Source: an uncultured Acidobacteriota bacterium | GTDB lineage: Bacteria > Acidobacteriota > UBA6911 > RPQK01 > JAPXNP01 | Assembly: GCA_963777605.1 (NCBI GenBank) | Contig: CAVZRV010000010.1 | Span: 32,001 to 96,000 of the forward strand | DNA: 64,000 nt | Direction: 5' to 3' | Shown: positions 29,771-39,249 of the stretch, piece after piece | Layout: each line of letters starts with the position of its first letter | Position numbering within the stretch: position 1 is the first letter of the stretch | Made by a program: the position numbers and the translations under genes | The notes under the pieces: model-generated | Database searches by the model: none | What the model saw: only the letters and a program-made list of their open reading frames with translations | What the model was told of the DNA's origin: nothing

Positions 29771-30697
29771 GTGGAGGAGTCCCAGGGAAACGCTGGTCCG
29801 GATGCCCTTCGTGACGGCCCCATTCCGCTCGGAGCGGCTCTCCTGACGCTTCTGTTGTGTGCCTTTTGGGGAGGCCTCTCCCCCACTATCAAGATTGCGG
29901 TGACCTCGGTGCCGCCCCTGGCAGTGGCGTTCTGGCGCTTCCTGATCGGGCTGGTGTGTGTCTGGATCTGGTGCCGGTCCAATGGAATCCCGTACCTGGT
30001 TCCTCGACAGCAGCTCTTCGCGGTCTTCGGGTTCTCGATGATTTTCACCGCCCAGATTGCCTTCATTAATATCGGCACCCAAATCACACTGGCCAGCTAC
30101 TCCGCGGTTTTGCTCAACACGAGCCCGTTGTTCGTAGCAATAATGGCCCACTGGATTCTGCCCAATGATCGCCTCAGCGGCCGCCGGGTCACCGGCCTGA
30201 TCCTGGCATTCATTGGGATCGCAGTGCTCTTCATGGGTCGAACCGGCTCCACCGGGTCGCTGCTGGGGAACGCACTCTGCCTGCTCAGTGGTTTTCTTCT
30301 CGGCTCGCTGCAAATCACCGGAAAGCGCCTGCTCCGAGACCTGTCTCCATTTCAGGTGGTGTTCTGGGAATTCGCCTTCGCACTCCCCGTGTTCGGCCTT
30401 CTCAGCCTCGTGTTCGAACCGGCCTCGGGGCCGATTACCCTGCCGGTGGCTGCGAGCATTGTCTACCAGGGACTGGTTGTGGCCGGAGTCTGCTTCGTGG
30501 CCTGGCTGGTTCTGCTGAGCCGGTACTCTGCCACTGGCCTTTCCTCTTTCCAGTTCAGCATTCCCGTGTTTGGAGTTCTGCTCAGCCGATTCCTGCTCGG
30601 TGAACCCTGGTCAGCCCAACTGCTGATTGCGCTACCCCTGGTTGCCGTGGGGATCTTGCTGGTAACTCGCCAAAAAAAAGTAAACCGCGTCCCGTGA
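29771..30697 (+). CDS. DMT/EamA-family transporter
   Basis: About 10 TM segments in two EamA repeats (FWG, R, PLF, IPVFG, LLGE). Confidence 0.9.
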   Translation: MEESQGNAGPDALRDGPIPLGAALLTLLLCAFWGGLSPTIKIAVTSVPPLAVAFWRFLIGLVCVWIWCRSNGIPYLVPRQQLFAVFGFSMIFTAQIAFINIGTQITLASYSAVLLNTSPLFVAIMAHWILPNDRLSGRRVTGLILAFIGIAVLFMGRTGSTGSLLGNALCLLSGFLLGSLQITGKRLLRDLSPFQVVFWEFAFALPVFGLLSLVFEPASGPITLPVAASIVYQGLVVAGVCFVAWLVLLSRYSATGLSSFQFSIPVFGVLLSRFLLGEPWSAQLLIALPLVAVGILLVTRQKKVNRVP

Positions 30698-30781
30698 GCT
30701 GAGTCCTTTGTCCGATTGCTCCTATCAGTCCGAACTGGCCCCATCCCTTTGACCAAGGAGACACCCTCGGGGACGGTTATC

Positions 30782-31924
30782 CTACTCGGCGTCGGGTTGA
30801 TAGCGGTTGACCGGTTCCCAGACCAGTCGCAGAGAAACCTTTCCTACGGCGCAACTGACTGACCCGGGTTCCCCGGCCATCAATCGGTTCCAGTCGGGCT
30901 TCTCCTCGAATCCAGTATAGAAGAGGGTGAACTCGTTCTTGTCGCCGGGAATGAGACCCAGCGGAGTCCGCACCTCCTTCGACCAGCTGCCGGGCTGCGG
31001 TTGGATCTGCAGGCTTCGCCCGGGGCTCCAGTGAATTCCGTCGGTCGAAAAACTGTACCCAATCGAATCGGCTTGGTCATCGTCGTAGACGCCCAGGTAG
31101 AGACCGGGACGTTCGAGCAGGACAATCGGATTCTCGATAAAGCGTTTCTCAATCGGCACCGGGTTCAGTTCAGCACAACGCTTCCAGGGCCCTTCCAAGG
31201 CGGGTGCCCGGGCCAACCCGACCAGCCAGGATTCAATCGGGAGGCTACCCGTCTTGGCACTTCCGTAGAAGGCGTACCAGGCCTCTCCGACGGGGAAAGG
31301 AAAGAATGAGTCGGTTCCCTGCAACCCCTCCCAGGACTCTGATTGCGGACCGGGTTCGAGCACGATTCCCTGGTCGGCGTAGGGACCACCGATCCCCGCT
31401 GGACCAGCGACATCGGAGAGAGCTCTCCAGATGCGCCCCTCGTGGTTCAGGAGGAACTGGGAGTCCGTGTTGGGTTTCGATTGGTAGGCGACGTAGAAGA
31501 GGTTCCATCGTCGTGCAGACTCATCATAGACCGGCATCGGTGACCACAGCGCAGCCCGTTGATCGTCCCCGGTCAGGTCGCCGGAGGATTCGAACAAGGT
31601 GGCTTCACGGGTCCACGAATTACCGTCCGGGCTCGTCCAATGCCCCAGTCGCATCTTGACCCAGATCGGATCGCCCACCATTTCGGAGGTGAAGAGATGG
31701 AAGACGCCATCCAGCTTGATCACTCTTCCTCCTTCGAACCCATACTGAATATCTTCCGCGCCCGGAGATCTCGTGGTCAGAACGGGCTTCTCGAGGTTAT
31801 CCCCGAGTACGAGGCGCGGTTCGATCGGGCTTCGGCCACATCCGGCACCCACCAGCACGCAGACAACCGGAAGGATGAGCCGGAACAAACCCGACTCCAA
31901 CAAGGAGAAAAGCGAACCCCGCAT
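30782..31924 (-). CDS. lipoprotein with a five-bladed beta-propeller glycoside-hydrolase-like fold
   Basis: Lipobox GAGC; SPDGNSW and STDGIHW Asp-box-like motifs, LWSPMP, ENP; family not assigned. Confidence 0.65.
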   Translation of the reverse strand: MRGSLFSLLESGLFRLILPVVCVLVGAGCGRSPIEPRLVLGDNLEKPVLTTRSPGAEDIQYGFEGGRVIKLDGVFHLFTSEMVGDPIWVKMRLGHWTSPDGNSWTREATLFESSGDLTGDDQRAALWSPMPVYDESARRWNLFYVAYQSKPNTDSQFLLNHEGRIWRALSDVAGPAGIGGPYADQGIVLEPGPQSESWEGLQGTDSFFPFPVGEAWYAFYGSAKTGSLPIESWLVGLARAPALEGPWKRCAELNPVPIEKRFIENPIVLLERPGLYLGVYDDDQADSIGYSFSTDGIHWSPGRSLQIQPQPGSWSKEVRTPLGLIPGDKNEFTLFYTGFEEKPDWNRLMAGEPGSVSCAVGKVSLRLVWEPVNRYQPDAE

Positions 31925-32082
31925 GATGTGACTCCTGTCGCCAATTGAACCCTGAAACGGTTAACCTTGTCAGTATCTCGCGGTGACCGGGCATTGTCGA
32001 TCGATTCGGATACCTCGAACCGGGATCTGATGAGAGAATCTACTGGACGGTTTGACGGAGGCGTGGTCCTGGAGAGTCCAGA

Positions 32083-34128
32083 TTGAGTGAGTCAAGAGCG
32101 GGGATTGGAAAGCTGGGCCTGAGGGAAGTATCCGTCGCCCTGGCCCTGGTGCTGGGGCTGGTCTTCCTGCACTGGGCATTCCTCGAAGAAATGGATGCCC
32201 TTGCTTTCGACTTCGCCCTGCGATTGCGTGGCCCTCAGGCGCCGGATGCCCGGATTGTCATCGTTGGCGTTGACGAGCCCAGCCTGGAGAAGGTAGGTCC
32301 CTGGCCCTGGGCACCGGAGACGATATCCCGACTCCTGGCCGAGATCGACTCCGCCCGCCCGTTGGCGATCGGGATCGACCTGATCCTCACCCACCCACTC
32401 GACGATTATCCGATTCTCAAATCACTGGATCATACGGTGGTTGCAGGTGTGCTGGAAACCGGCAGGGGGACGGGGCGCCAGGACCTTAGGTGGAAAGAAC
32501 CCGATCTTTCCGGCCGGGACGGGGGAATTGCGGTCGGTCACATTCATGCTGGAAAGGATGCCGACGGGGTCTGCCGGTCCCTTCCGCTCGTTGTGCGTGC
32601 CGGGGGGAAAGAACGCTGGGCCTTTGCCGTCGAACTGGCACGAACGGTTCTCGGTGTCTCTGCGGACCGGGTTCGCTTCGATGGGGATCGGCTGCGTATC
32701 GGGGCCCAGGTCGCCATCCCCCGCCTCAGCGTCCCCATTGACCAGGCAGTCGATTCGGCAGTGGTTCTCTCCAGCTTTCGAGGGGATCACATGCTGATCA
32801 ACCCGCGCGGCGACACATACACGTTTCCGCATTTCCCGGCGGCTGCCGTTCTCGCCGGCGACCCCGAAACACTCAAGAGCCTCCGGGGACGAATCGTGCT
32901 CGTCGGCGCCTCGGCGTACTCACTCGGAGATCACTTGTCGACCCCGTTCACCGGCCCCAGCGAAATGCCCGGCATCGAGATTCACGCCAACGCCCTCGAC
33001 ACGATACTCGACCAGCGCTTTCTGGACGCCCTGGTCGAACCCTGGCTCACGGTCTTTCTGGTCGTCCTGGCGCTGGCGGTCTGGGTAGTCCTGGCCATCT
33101 GGCCGCGCGCCCGAACGCTTTCCCTCTTCCTGGTTCTGGTCGGGGCTGCTGCCGCTGTGCCTCTGATCCTGTTCCTGGTTGCCGACTACTGGATACCCGT
33201 AGTGTCAACGACCGCCGTTGTCCTGGTTTCCGGAACGACCAGCCAGTTCCTCAATTACTCCCGACTCAACCGGCAGCTCAACCAGCGCTACCGGGAACTC
33301 TCGTCGCTCCTGGCCGATTCCCGCCCGGGGCTGCAGTCGATTGCCGACGCCGCCGCTTATCCAAGCAGGAGCGTGGAGTGGAAGCTCCACCTCATTGGAG
33401 AAGCCAGTGAAGCGGCGCTTCGCCTCTCCAAGGAACGAAGCGAAATGACCTCGTTCGTCAGCCACGAGCTCAAGACTCCCCTGACTTCGATCCAGGGCTT
33501 TGCTGAACTGCTCGAGCAACCCAGCCTGCTTTCCGAGGACGACCGAACCGAGGCAGCTCGCACGATTCGCGCCGAGTCGATCCGACTGTCCAAAATGGTG
33601 ACCGACTTCCTCCAGCTTTCACGGCTCGAGCACCAGGCAATCCGGGTGAAGAGAGAACCTGTCCCGATCTCCAAAGTACTGGCTCGGGCCGCTGGAATTC
33701 TGGACAGCCAGCTCCAAACCAGGAGAATGAAGTTGCGCGGAATTGAGGAGGTCCCCGAGACTGCGGTCCTCGGCGACCCGGATCTGTTGACCCAGGTCTT
33801 CCTGAACCTGCTTGGAAATGCCGTCAAGTTCAGTCCCCAGGAGACCATCGTCGAGGTCGCCTCCCGGGTTGAGGCCGGACGATGTCTGGTGATGATATCC
33901 GACCAGGGACCGGGAATCCCGCCGGAAGACCTGCCCCGGCTGTTCCAGAAGTTTTTCCGCGGGCGGGCGGATTCCGATGACACCGTCACAGGTTCTGGTC
34001 TGGGACTTGCATTCGTAAAGGAGGTGGTGACCCAGCATAGAGGATTGGTTGAGGTAAAGAGCCACGTGGGGAAGGGATCGATCTTCACGGTAACGCTCCC
34101 CATCGCGGCTTCAGGATCGGTAAAATGA
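32083..34128 (+). CDS. CHASE2-domain sensor histidine kinase
   Basis: CHASE2 motifs IVIVGVDEPSL..GPWPW, IGID, DADGVCR, GRIVLVG, TP, MPGIEIHAN; three TM; SHELKTPLTSI H-box, NLLGNAVKF, DQGPGI, GSGLGL. Confidence 0.93.
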   Translation: MSESRAGIGKLGLREVSVALALVLGLVFLHWAFLEEMDALAFDFALRLRGPQAPDARIVIVGVDEPSLEKVGPWPWAPETISRLLAEIDSARPLAIGIDLILTHPLDDYPILKSLDHTVVAGVLETGRGTGRQDLRWKEPDLSGRDGGIAVGHIHAGKDADGVCRSLPLVVRAGGKERWAFAVELARTVLGVSADRVRFDGDRLRIGAQVAIPRLSVPIDQAVDSAVVLSSFRGDHMLINPRGDTYTFPHFPAAAVLAGDPETLKSLRGRIVLVGASAYSLGDHLSTPFTGPSEMPGIEIHANALDTILDQRFLDALVEPWLTVFLVVLALAVWVVLAIWPRARTLSLFLVLVGAAAAVPLILFLVADYWIPVVSTTAVVLVSGTTSQFLNYSRLNRQLNQRYRELSSLLADSRPGLQSIADAAAYPSRSVEWKLHLIGEASEAALRLSKERSEMTSFVSHELKTPLTSIQGFAELLEQPSLLSEDDRTEAARTIRAESIRLSKMVTDFLQLSRLEHQAIRVKREPVPISKVLARAAGILDSQLQTRRMKLRGIEEVPETAVLGDPDLLTQVFLNLLGNAVKFSPQETIVEVASRVEAGRCLVMISDQGPGIPPEDLPRLFQKFFRGRADSDDTVTGSGLGLAFVKEVVTQHRGLVEVKSHVGKGSIFTVTLPIAASGSVK

Positions 34129-35471
34129 CCCAGATGAGTTCGAGCATCCTCGTTGTTGAGGACGATTTATCCACCTCGAAAATGGTAGTGATGGCGTTGA
34201 AGTCCGCCGGCTACGAGGCCGTACCGGCGCGTAGCTGCAGGGAGGCGCGTCGAGCGCTCGATGAGCGCGATTTCGACCTCCTGCTATGCGATCTGTACCT
34301 GACCGACGGAAACGGGCTCGAGATCCTCCGCGAAACCCGCAGCCTGCGCGATGCCCAGCCTGTCGTCATGTTCACGGCCCAGGGCACGGTCGAGACTGCC
34401 GTCGAGGCGATTCAAGAGGGTGCCTTTGACTACCTCGCGAAACCGTTCAAGATCCAGGATCTTCTTGGCCTCGTCCGTAAGGCACTGGAATCGGTCGACC
34501 GGACGGAGGGGGACGAGCAACCCCGGGAAGCCGAGGTCAGACCGACCATGTTGATCGGCAACAGCCCGCCCATGGTAGAGCTCTACAAGAAGATCGCGCT
34601 CGCGGCCCGGAGCGATTCACCGATTCTGATAACCGGGGAAACCGGGACTGGGAAAGAGCTCGTGGCCCGAAGCCTCCACCAGTTCAGTGCCCGGCGAAGC
34701 CGTCCTTTTGTACCGGTAAATTGCGGCGCCCTGACCGAAACACTCCTCGAGTCGGAATTGTTCGGGCACGAGAGGGGGTCCTTCACGGGAGCTTTTGCAT
34801 CCCGCAAGGGGCTCTTCGAGCAGGCGCAAGGGGGCACCCTGCTGCTCGACGAAATTACCGAGACCAGTCCCGGATTCCAGGTCAAGCTCCTGCGCGCTCT
34901 CCAGGAAGGAGAAGTCCGCCCGGTTGGCGGCAACCGCCTCGTGGAAGTAGACGTCAGAGTCGTGGCCGCGAGCAACCGGGACCTCGAAGGCGAGATGCTT
35001 CAGGGCAAGTTCCGCAAAGACCTCTTCTACAGGCTCAGCGTGGTGCATCTACTGGTTCCGCCACTTCGCGAGCGTGCTGACGATATCCCTCAACTGGCCG
35101 ATCATTTTCTCCGCGCGATCTCGGTCCGGCTGGAGCGGAAGCTGAAACTCGGCGAGGACGCAATTCAGGTCTTGCAGCGCTACTCCTGGCCGGGAAACGT
35201 ACGGGAACTCGAGAACGTGATCGAACGCGTAGCGGTTCTCAAGACGGACGCACTGATCAGCGGCGACGACTTCCATTTTCTCAAGTGTTCCAACGCCGAC
35301 AGCGACCTCAACCTGAACGAACTCAACCTTGTTGAACGCGATAAGATCATCGAAATCATGCGGGAATCTCGAGGAAACAAGACCGAAGCGGCCCGCAGGC
35401 TGGGTATTGAGCGAAAATCGCTTTACAGGAAGGCCAAGAGGCTCGGAATCGATTTGGATGAGGCCGTCTAG
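34125..35471 (+). CDS. NtrC-family sigma54-dependent response regulator (REC-AAA+-Fis HTH)
   Basis: VVEDD, CDLYL, KP; GETGTGKEL, ESELFGHERGSFTGA, LLDEI, WPGNVREL, NKTEAARRLGI; ATGA overlap with the kinase. Confidence 0.95.
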   Translation: MTQMSSSILVVEDDLSTSKMVVMALKSAGYEAVPARSCREARRALDERDFDLLLCDLYLTDGNGLEILRETRSLRDAQPVVMFTAQGTVETAVEAIQEGAFDYLAKPFKIQDLLGLVRKALESVDRTEGDEQPREAEVRPTMLIGNSPPMVELYKKIALAARSDSPILITGETGTGKELVARSLHQFSARRSRPFVPVNCGALTETLLESELFGHERGSFTGAFASRKGLFEQAQGGTLLLDEITETSPGFQVKLLRALQEGEVRPVGGNRLVEVDVRVVAASNRDLEGEMLQGKFRKDLFYRLSVVHLLVPPLRERADDIPQLADHFLRAISVRLERKLKLGEDAIQVLQRYSWPGNVRELENVIERVAVLKTDALISGDDFHFLKCSNADSDLNLNELNLVERDKIIEIMRESRGNKTEAARRLGIERKSLYRKAKRLGIDLDEAV

Positions 35472-35472
35472 T

Positions 35473-35508
35473 GTGTCTGTTTGACCCGGCAGTGGGTCCA
35501 AACGGCCC
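35473..35508. promoter_or_regulatory. tandem palindromes, candidate enhancer (UAS) of the sigma54 activator
   Basis: GTGTC-N5-GACCC 35473-35487 and GGGTC-N5-GGCCC 35494-35508, starts 21 bp apart. Confidence 0.5.
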
Positions 35509-35650
35509 GCCGCGCAGAGTCCGCGAACTTTTTGAGAGACAATAACCGGGCCTCTTGATAAACTTATGGCAACACGGAAGTATTGGAGAATCTTCACATC
35601 CCGGGCGGGTGCTTCGGAACGCCGGGGGAACGGTTTCGGGCGCGAGCGAC

Positions 35651-35666
35651 CGGCACGAGATGTGCT
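35651..35666 (+). promoter_or_regulatory. sigma54 (-24/-12) promoter
   Basis: CGGCACGAGATGTGCT = GG-N10-GC, compared with consensus TGGCACGNNNNTTGC. Confidence 0.65.
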
Positions 35667-35681
35667 CTTTGGGAGGATGTG

Positions 35682-37130
35682 ATGAGGTCCAAAAGCAAAC
35701 TGACCGTCGGTCTCCTACTGGCGTGCCTGTTTTCAGGCAATGCCTTCCTGCGCGCGTCCCTCCAGGAAGGGCGAGGTGAGGATATCCACTTCCGAGGGCC
35801 GGTGCTGGCCCTGTCGCGTGATTCGTCCGACCGTACGGTACAGCTGACAATCAAAGTGAACCAGTCTCAAGTCCCGGTGGCTGTCACTGATTGGACCGAA
35901 GTCGTCCGTGGCCGTGGTTTTCTGGCGGCCCGCGAAGATATCCAGGTTGGCGATTTCTTGGAGATTGCAGGGTTCTTCTCGACCACGGGGAGAATCGTTG
36001 CTCAGCGCGTTCACATCGAGACTCAGGATGATATCGAACTGGAAGGCACCGTCGAGAATGTCTCGGGGAACCTCTTAAGAATCAGTGGAGTCGATTTCAT
36101 CGTTGACCCGGACACTTACGTTCACGCCGCCGGTGGTAGACCGTCGATTCTTCTTACGAGCATAGCTTTGGGAACACAAGCGAGAGTCCGGGGATCCGAG
36201 GACGGGGGGCTTTGGCTGGCGCGTGAAATCGAGGTAGGGCCGAGAACCGTCGAATCGGAACCGGTGCGCTTCAGCGGCAAGGTCGTCAAGATCGAGAGAC
36301 TCATCCAGAAGGACTATCTTCATGTGGATGTAGGGATACGCTCCGGCGGTGATGTGATTGCGGCCCAGGTCGTCCGGGACCAGCAAACACTGGTGCAAGG
36401 GACCATCCAGGTGGGTTCTTTCGTTGAAGCCGAGGCCAGATTTATGCCCGGGTCGTCGCAGTTGCAGGCTGTGCGTATTGCTGTTGATCTCAACGGGAAT
36501 GGGAATAGCTTCGATGATGTGGGTACTGATGGCCCCGCATCGATTGTGGAAATAAAAGGCACTTTGCACGGACTCTCTGCGCCGACTGCAGGATCCGTGA
36601 CCTTTTTCCTGAATGAGACTCAGATCCGGGTTCAGAGTGGGACTGCTCTTGAATTCGAAAATGGTCAGTCGGCAACCCTCGCCCAGCTTCAGGAAGGTGC
36701 GGAGGTCTGGGTGTTAGGCACACTCGGTCAGGATGGTTCTGTCATCGCGACCAGGATCGTAATTCGAGGCGAGAACGGAAATAGCCAAGGCAACCCGGAC
36801 CCAGGCGACCCTGGGAGTGGTGGCGGATCTGGTGATGACAACGGCAATGGCAGTGGTGGTGACGACCCTGGTCACGAGGGATCGACTCAGCCGGTAGACC
36901 TGGATGGAGTCATTACGAGTGTCAGTCGATTGGGCGGCAGTTTGTCAGTCAAAAGCTTCGAACTGGACGGCAAAACCGTGGTGATCGTTGAAACAACCGT
37001 GATCCAGGGTGAGGAGTCGGAAGTCCTGCCCAGTTCGATTCTCGAAGTGGGCATTCGAGTCAAAGTGAAGGGAGAGGAACAATCAAACGGGTCCATCGTG
37101 GCAACCAGAATCGAGCTAGTAGAGTCTTAG
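35682..37130 (+). CDS. secreted protein with five DUF5666-like (OB-fold) repeats
   Basis: Signal peptide MRSKSKLTVGLLLACLFSGNAFLRA; five repeats of G.V...T......L.VG..V.V.G......A.RI; Gly/Asn/Asp linker. Confidence 0.82.
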   Translation: MRSKSKLTVGLLLACLFSGNAFLRASLQEGRGEDIHFRGPVLALSRDSSDRTVQLTIKVNQSQVPVAVTDWTEVVRGRGFLAAREDIQVGDFLEIAGFFSTTGRIVAQRVHIETQDDIELEGTVENVSGNLLRISGVDFIVDPDTYVHAAGGRPSILLTSIALGTQARVRGSEDGGLWLAREIEVGPRTVESEPVRFSGKVVKIERLIQKDYLHVDVGIRSGGDVIAAQVVRDQQTLVQGTIQVGSFVEAEARFMPGSSQLQAVRIAVDLNGNGNSFDDVGTDGPASIVEIKGTLHGLSAPTAGSVTFFLNETQIRVQSGTALEFENGQSATLAQLQEGAEVWVLGTLGQDGSVIATRIVIRGENGNSQGNPDPGDPGSGGGSGDDNGNGSGGDDPGHEGSTQPVDLDGVITSVSRLGGSLSVKSFELDGKTVVIVETTVIQGEESEVLPSSILEVGIRVKVKGEEQSNGSIVATRIELVES

Positions 37131-37239
37131 GTCTCTGAACGTGGGGCCATGTGAGCGCTGGGGGATCAGCTCAATGTTACCGGCAATAAACCACTTCTCT
37201 GATCGGGCCGTCTCCGGCGGCACCGGCTGGAGTGTGACC

Positions 37240-39246
37240 GTGAGGGTGGGATCGTACTCGATCGCCGCCGCGGTTGTGGTGTGCCTGCTGTCGTTCTTCG
37301 CGGCGCTCCCGGTCTCGGCCCAGGTTCGGCGGGTCGCGCTCCAAGTCGGGGAAGCCCAGGTACTCGAGGTCCGGGGGGACGTGCAGCAGATCCGATCGAT
37401 TCAGGGGGTCAGTTCCAGTAATCCCCTTCCCGCGGGTGCCGTCGTCACGGCGGGCGAACGCCTCAAGTCGGGCCCCGACGGCTATGCCCTGCTCGGCCTT
37501 GTCGACGGGAGCAGTATCGAACTGCGGCCCGCAACCGAACTCGAAATCCTCGATTTCAGCGGCGGAGTCCGCCAGTTGTTCAAAATCTGGCTGGGCAAGG
37601 TTCGAATCAAGATCCGCAAGCTGATCGGTGCCCCCAACCCCTACCAGATGCACTCCCCGATCGCGACGATCGGCGTGCGCGGCACCGAGTTCGAAATTGC
37701 CGTTCAACAGAATGAGGTCACAACGGTTCGGGTATTCGAGGGCCTCGTTTCGGTCAAGAACACCCAGATCCAGAAGAGCGAAGTCTTGGTAGGCCCCGGG
37801 CGCGAGGTCACCATATATCCACTTCGTCCTCCCGAGCCCCCGGTTACCTTTGAACAGGTTGTGGCGGAGAACTTCAGTCGCGAGTCGGCAGTCGAGCAGC
37901 CGTTGCTGGAGAAGTTCCAGGCCTTCCCCGACCCCCAGCTCGACCTGGTAGAAAACCCTGCCTACGCGTCGATGATCGTCCGTCCCTCTGGGCGCTTTTA
38001 CCTGTTTCCGGCATATTCCCAGGCATTCTCCAGTCCCGAGATCTCCCTGATGAGTCCGGTTGGGCGATTTGTGGACCTGAAGGAGCTTTTCGCCACGGAT
38101 GAGCGGCGCCTGCAGGGGGTTTCGTCCCGTGTTTCCTACGTTTATCCGTTCGACCGGTGGATCCTCGGCGGAGTTTACGAGTTTCGGGGGACCGGCCAGG
38201 ACTTCGACTTTCGTATCTCGCGCCAAATCCCTTCGGCCTTCGGCGGGGACGTCACGATCCAGCAGGTGGGAAGCAGCCAGTTCGCTCCCAACCTGAACTC
38301 GTCCAACCGGTCGAACCGGGCCGTTTTCGTGGCTGCCCGGCGTTTCACCGGTCGGACACTGGCATTTTCCTACGACTGGGTTCACTCCGGGGGGGACCTT
38401 TCCACGCTGTACGAATTCAAGCCCCAGGGGATGCTCCTCAGTAACGAGGAAACCCACGCCCTCTTTTCAACCGATCAGAAACGGTTGACAGTCGGATATA
38501 CCGTAGAGAACGACAACATCGGATCGGTTGGCGTCCTCTATCGGCTCGGGGCCATCAACAGCTCCACGAACCAGGATTACCACCAACTGAACGGCGATCT
38601 GGCCAACCTGGCCGGCTTTCAGTCGAGCGGCTACAGCCACGAAATCGGGGCCCGCTGGAGAAAGCGGCTGCTTCCCAACCTTTATTTCTCCCTCAAGGGA
38701 GATTTGACTCGAACCGATCTCGACGAGGGCATCCGGCGTTTCCGGATCGCCGACTCCAGCCGTTCGATTCGATACTGGATACCGTCGATCGCTTCCGGCC
38801 TGGGATTCGATTGGCGAGAACGCCTCTTCCTGAGCCTGGACTACAAGTACTCGAACGTCCGCGAACACAGCATGCGTTGGGACCTCTTTGACAACCAACT
38901 CGTCAACAACGAGTCATTGAGCCGTCACAACCACGGTCTCCATCTCTGGGGCCAGTATCACCTCCCCCGCGGTTTCTTCGTGGGTGGCGGACTGAACTCA
39001 TTCTGGGCATCTGAGGCGCTGGCCGGCACTTACAACATCGATTCTTCTGGATTCCGGCTCGACGTCCAGGGTCGAGAGAGAGAACCTTTCATGATTGAAA
39101 GAGCCCGGGTTCACGTGGATCAGCTCGGCTTCAGCTTTGGCAAACGGTTTCGCGACCGGGTTTTTCTCGAATACCAGATCTCCCAGACCCGCGGTCCCAC
39201 TTTCGGCCCGTTCGGTCACAGTCTCCTGTTTCGATTCTCCTTCTAG
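37240..39246 (+). CDS. FecR-domain protein fused to a C-terminal outer-membrane beta-barrel
   Basis: Signal peptide (..ALPVSA-Q); FecR motifs DGSSIELRPAT, SPIATIGVRGTEF, VFEGLVSV; NPA motif followed by amphipathic beta-strands ending LLFRFSF; start GTG 37240 after GGAG (uncertain). Confidence 0.8.
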   Translation: MRVGSYSIAAAVVVCLLSFFAALPVSAQVRRVALQVGEAQVLEVRGDVQQIRSIQGVSSSNPLPAGAVVTAGERLKSGPDGYALLGLVDGSSIELRPATELEILDFSGGVRQLFKIWLGKVRIKIRKLIGAPNPYQMHSPIATIGVRGTEFEIAVQQNEVTTVRVFEGLVSVKNTQIQKSEVLVGPGREVTIYPLRPPEPPVTFEQVVAENFSRESAVEQPLLEKFQAFPDPQLDLVENPAYASMIVRPSGRFYLFPAYSQAFSSPEISLMSPVGRFVDLKELFATDERRLQGVSSRVSYVYPFDRWILGGVYEFRGTGQDFDFRISRQIPSAFGGDVTIQQVGSSQFAPNLNSSNRSNRAVFVAARRFTGRTLAFSYDWVHSGGDLSTLYEFKPQGMLLSNEETHALFSTDQKRLTVGYTVENDNIGSVGVLYRLGAINSSTNQDYHQLNGDLANLAGFQSSGYSHEIGARWRKRLLPNLYFSLKGDLTRTDLDEGIRRFRIADSSRSIRYWIPSIASGLGFDWRERLFLSLDYKYSNVREHSMRWDLFDNQLVNNESLSRHNHGLHLWGQYHLPRGFFVGGGLNSFWASEALAGTYNIDSSGFRLDVQGREREPFMIERARVHVDQLGFSFGKRFRDRVFLEYQISQTRGPTFGPFGHSLLFRFSF

Positions 39247-39249
39247 CGA

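Noticed and set aside
35567-35582. TGGCAAC as an alternative -24 box for the DUF5666 gene
   Set aside because: GT rather than GC at the -12 position
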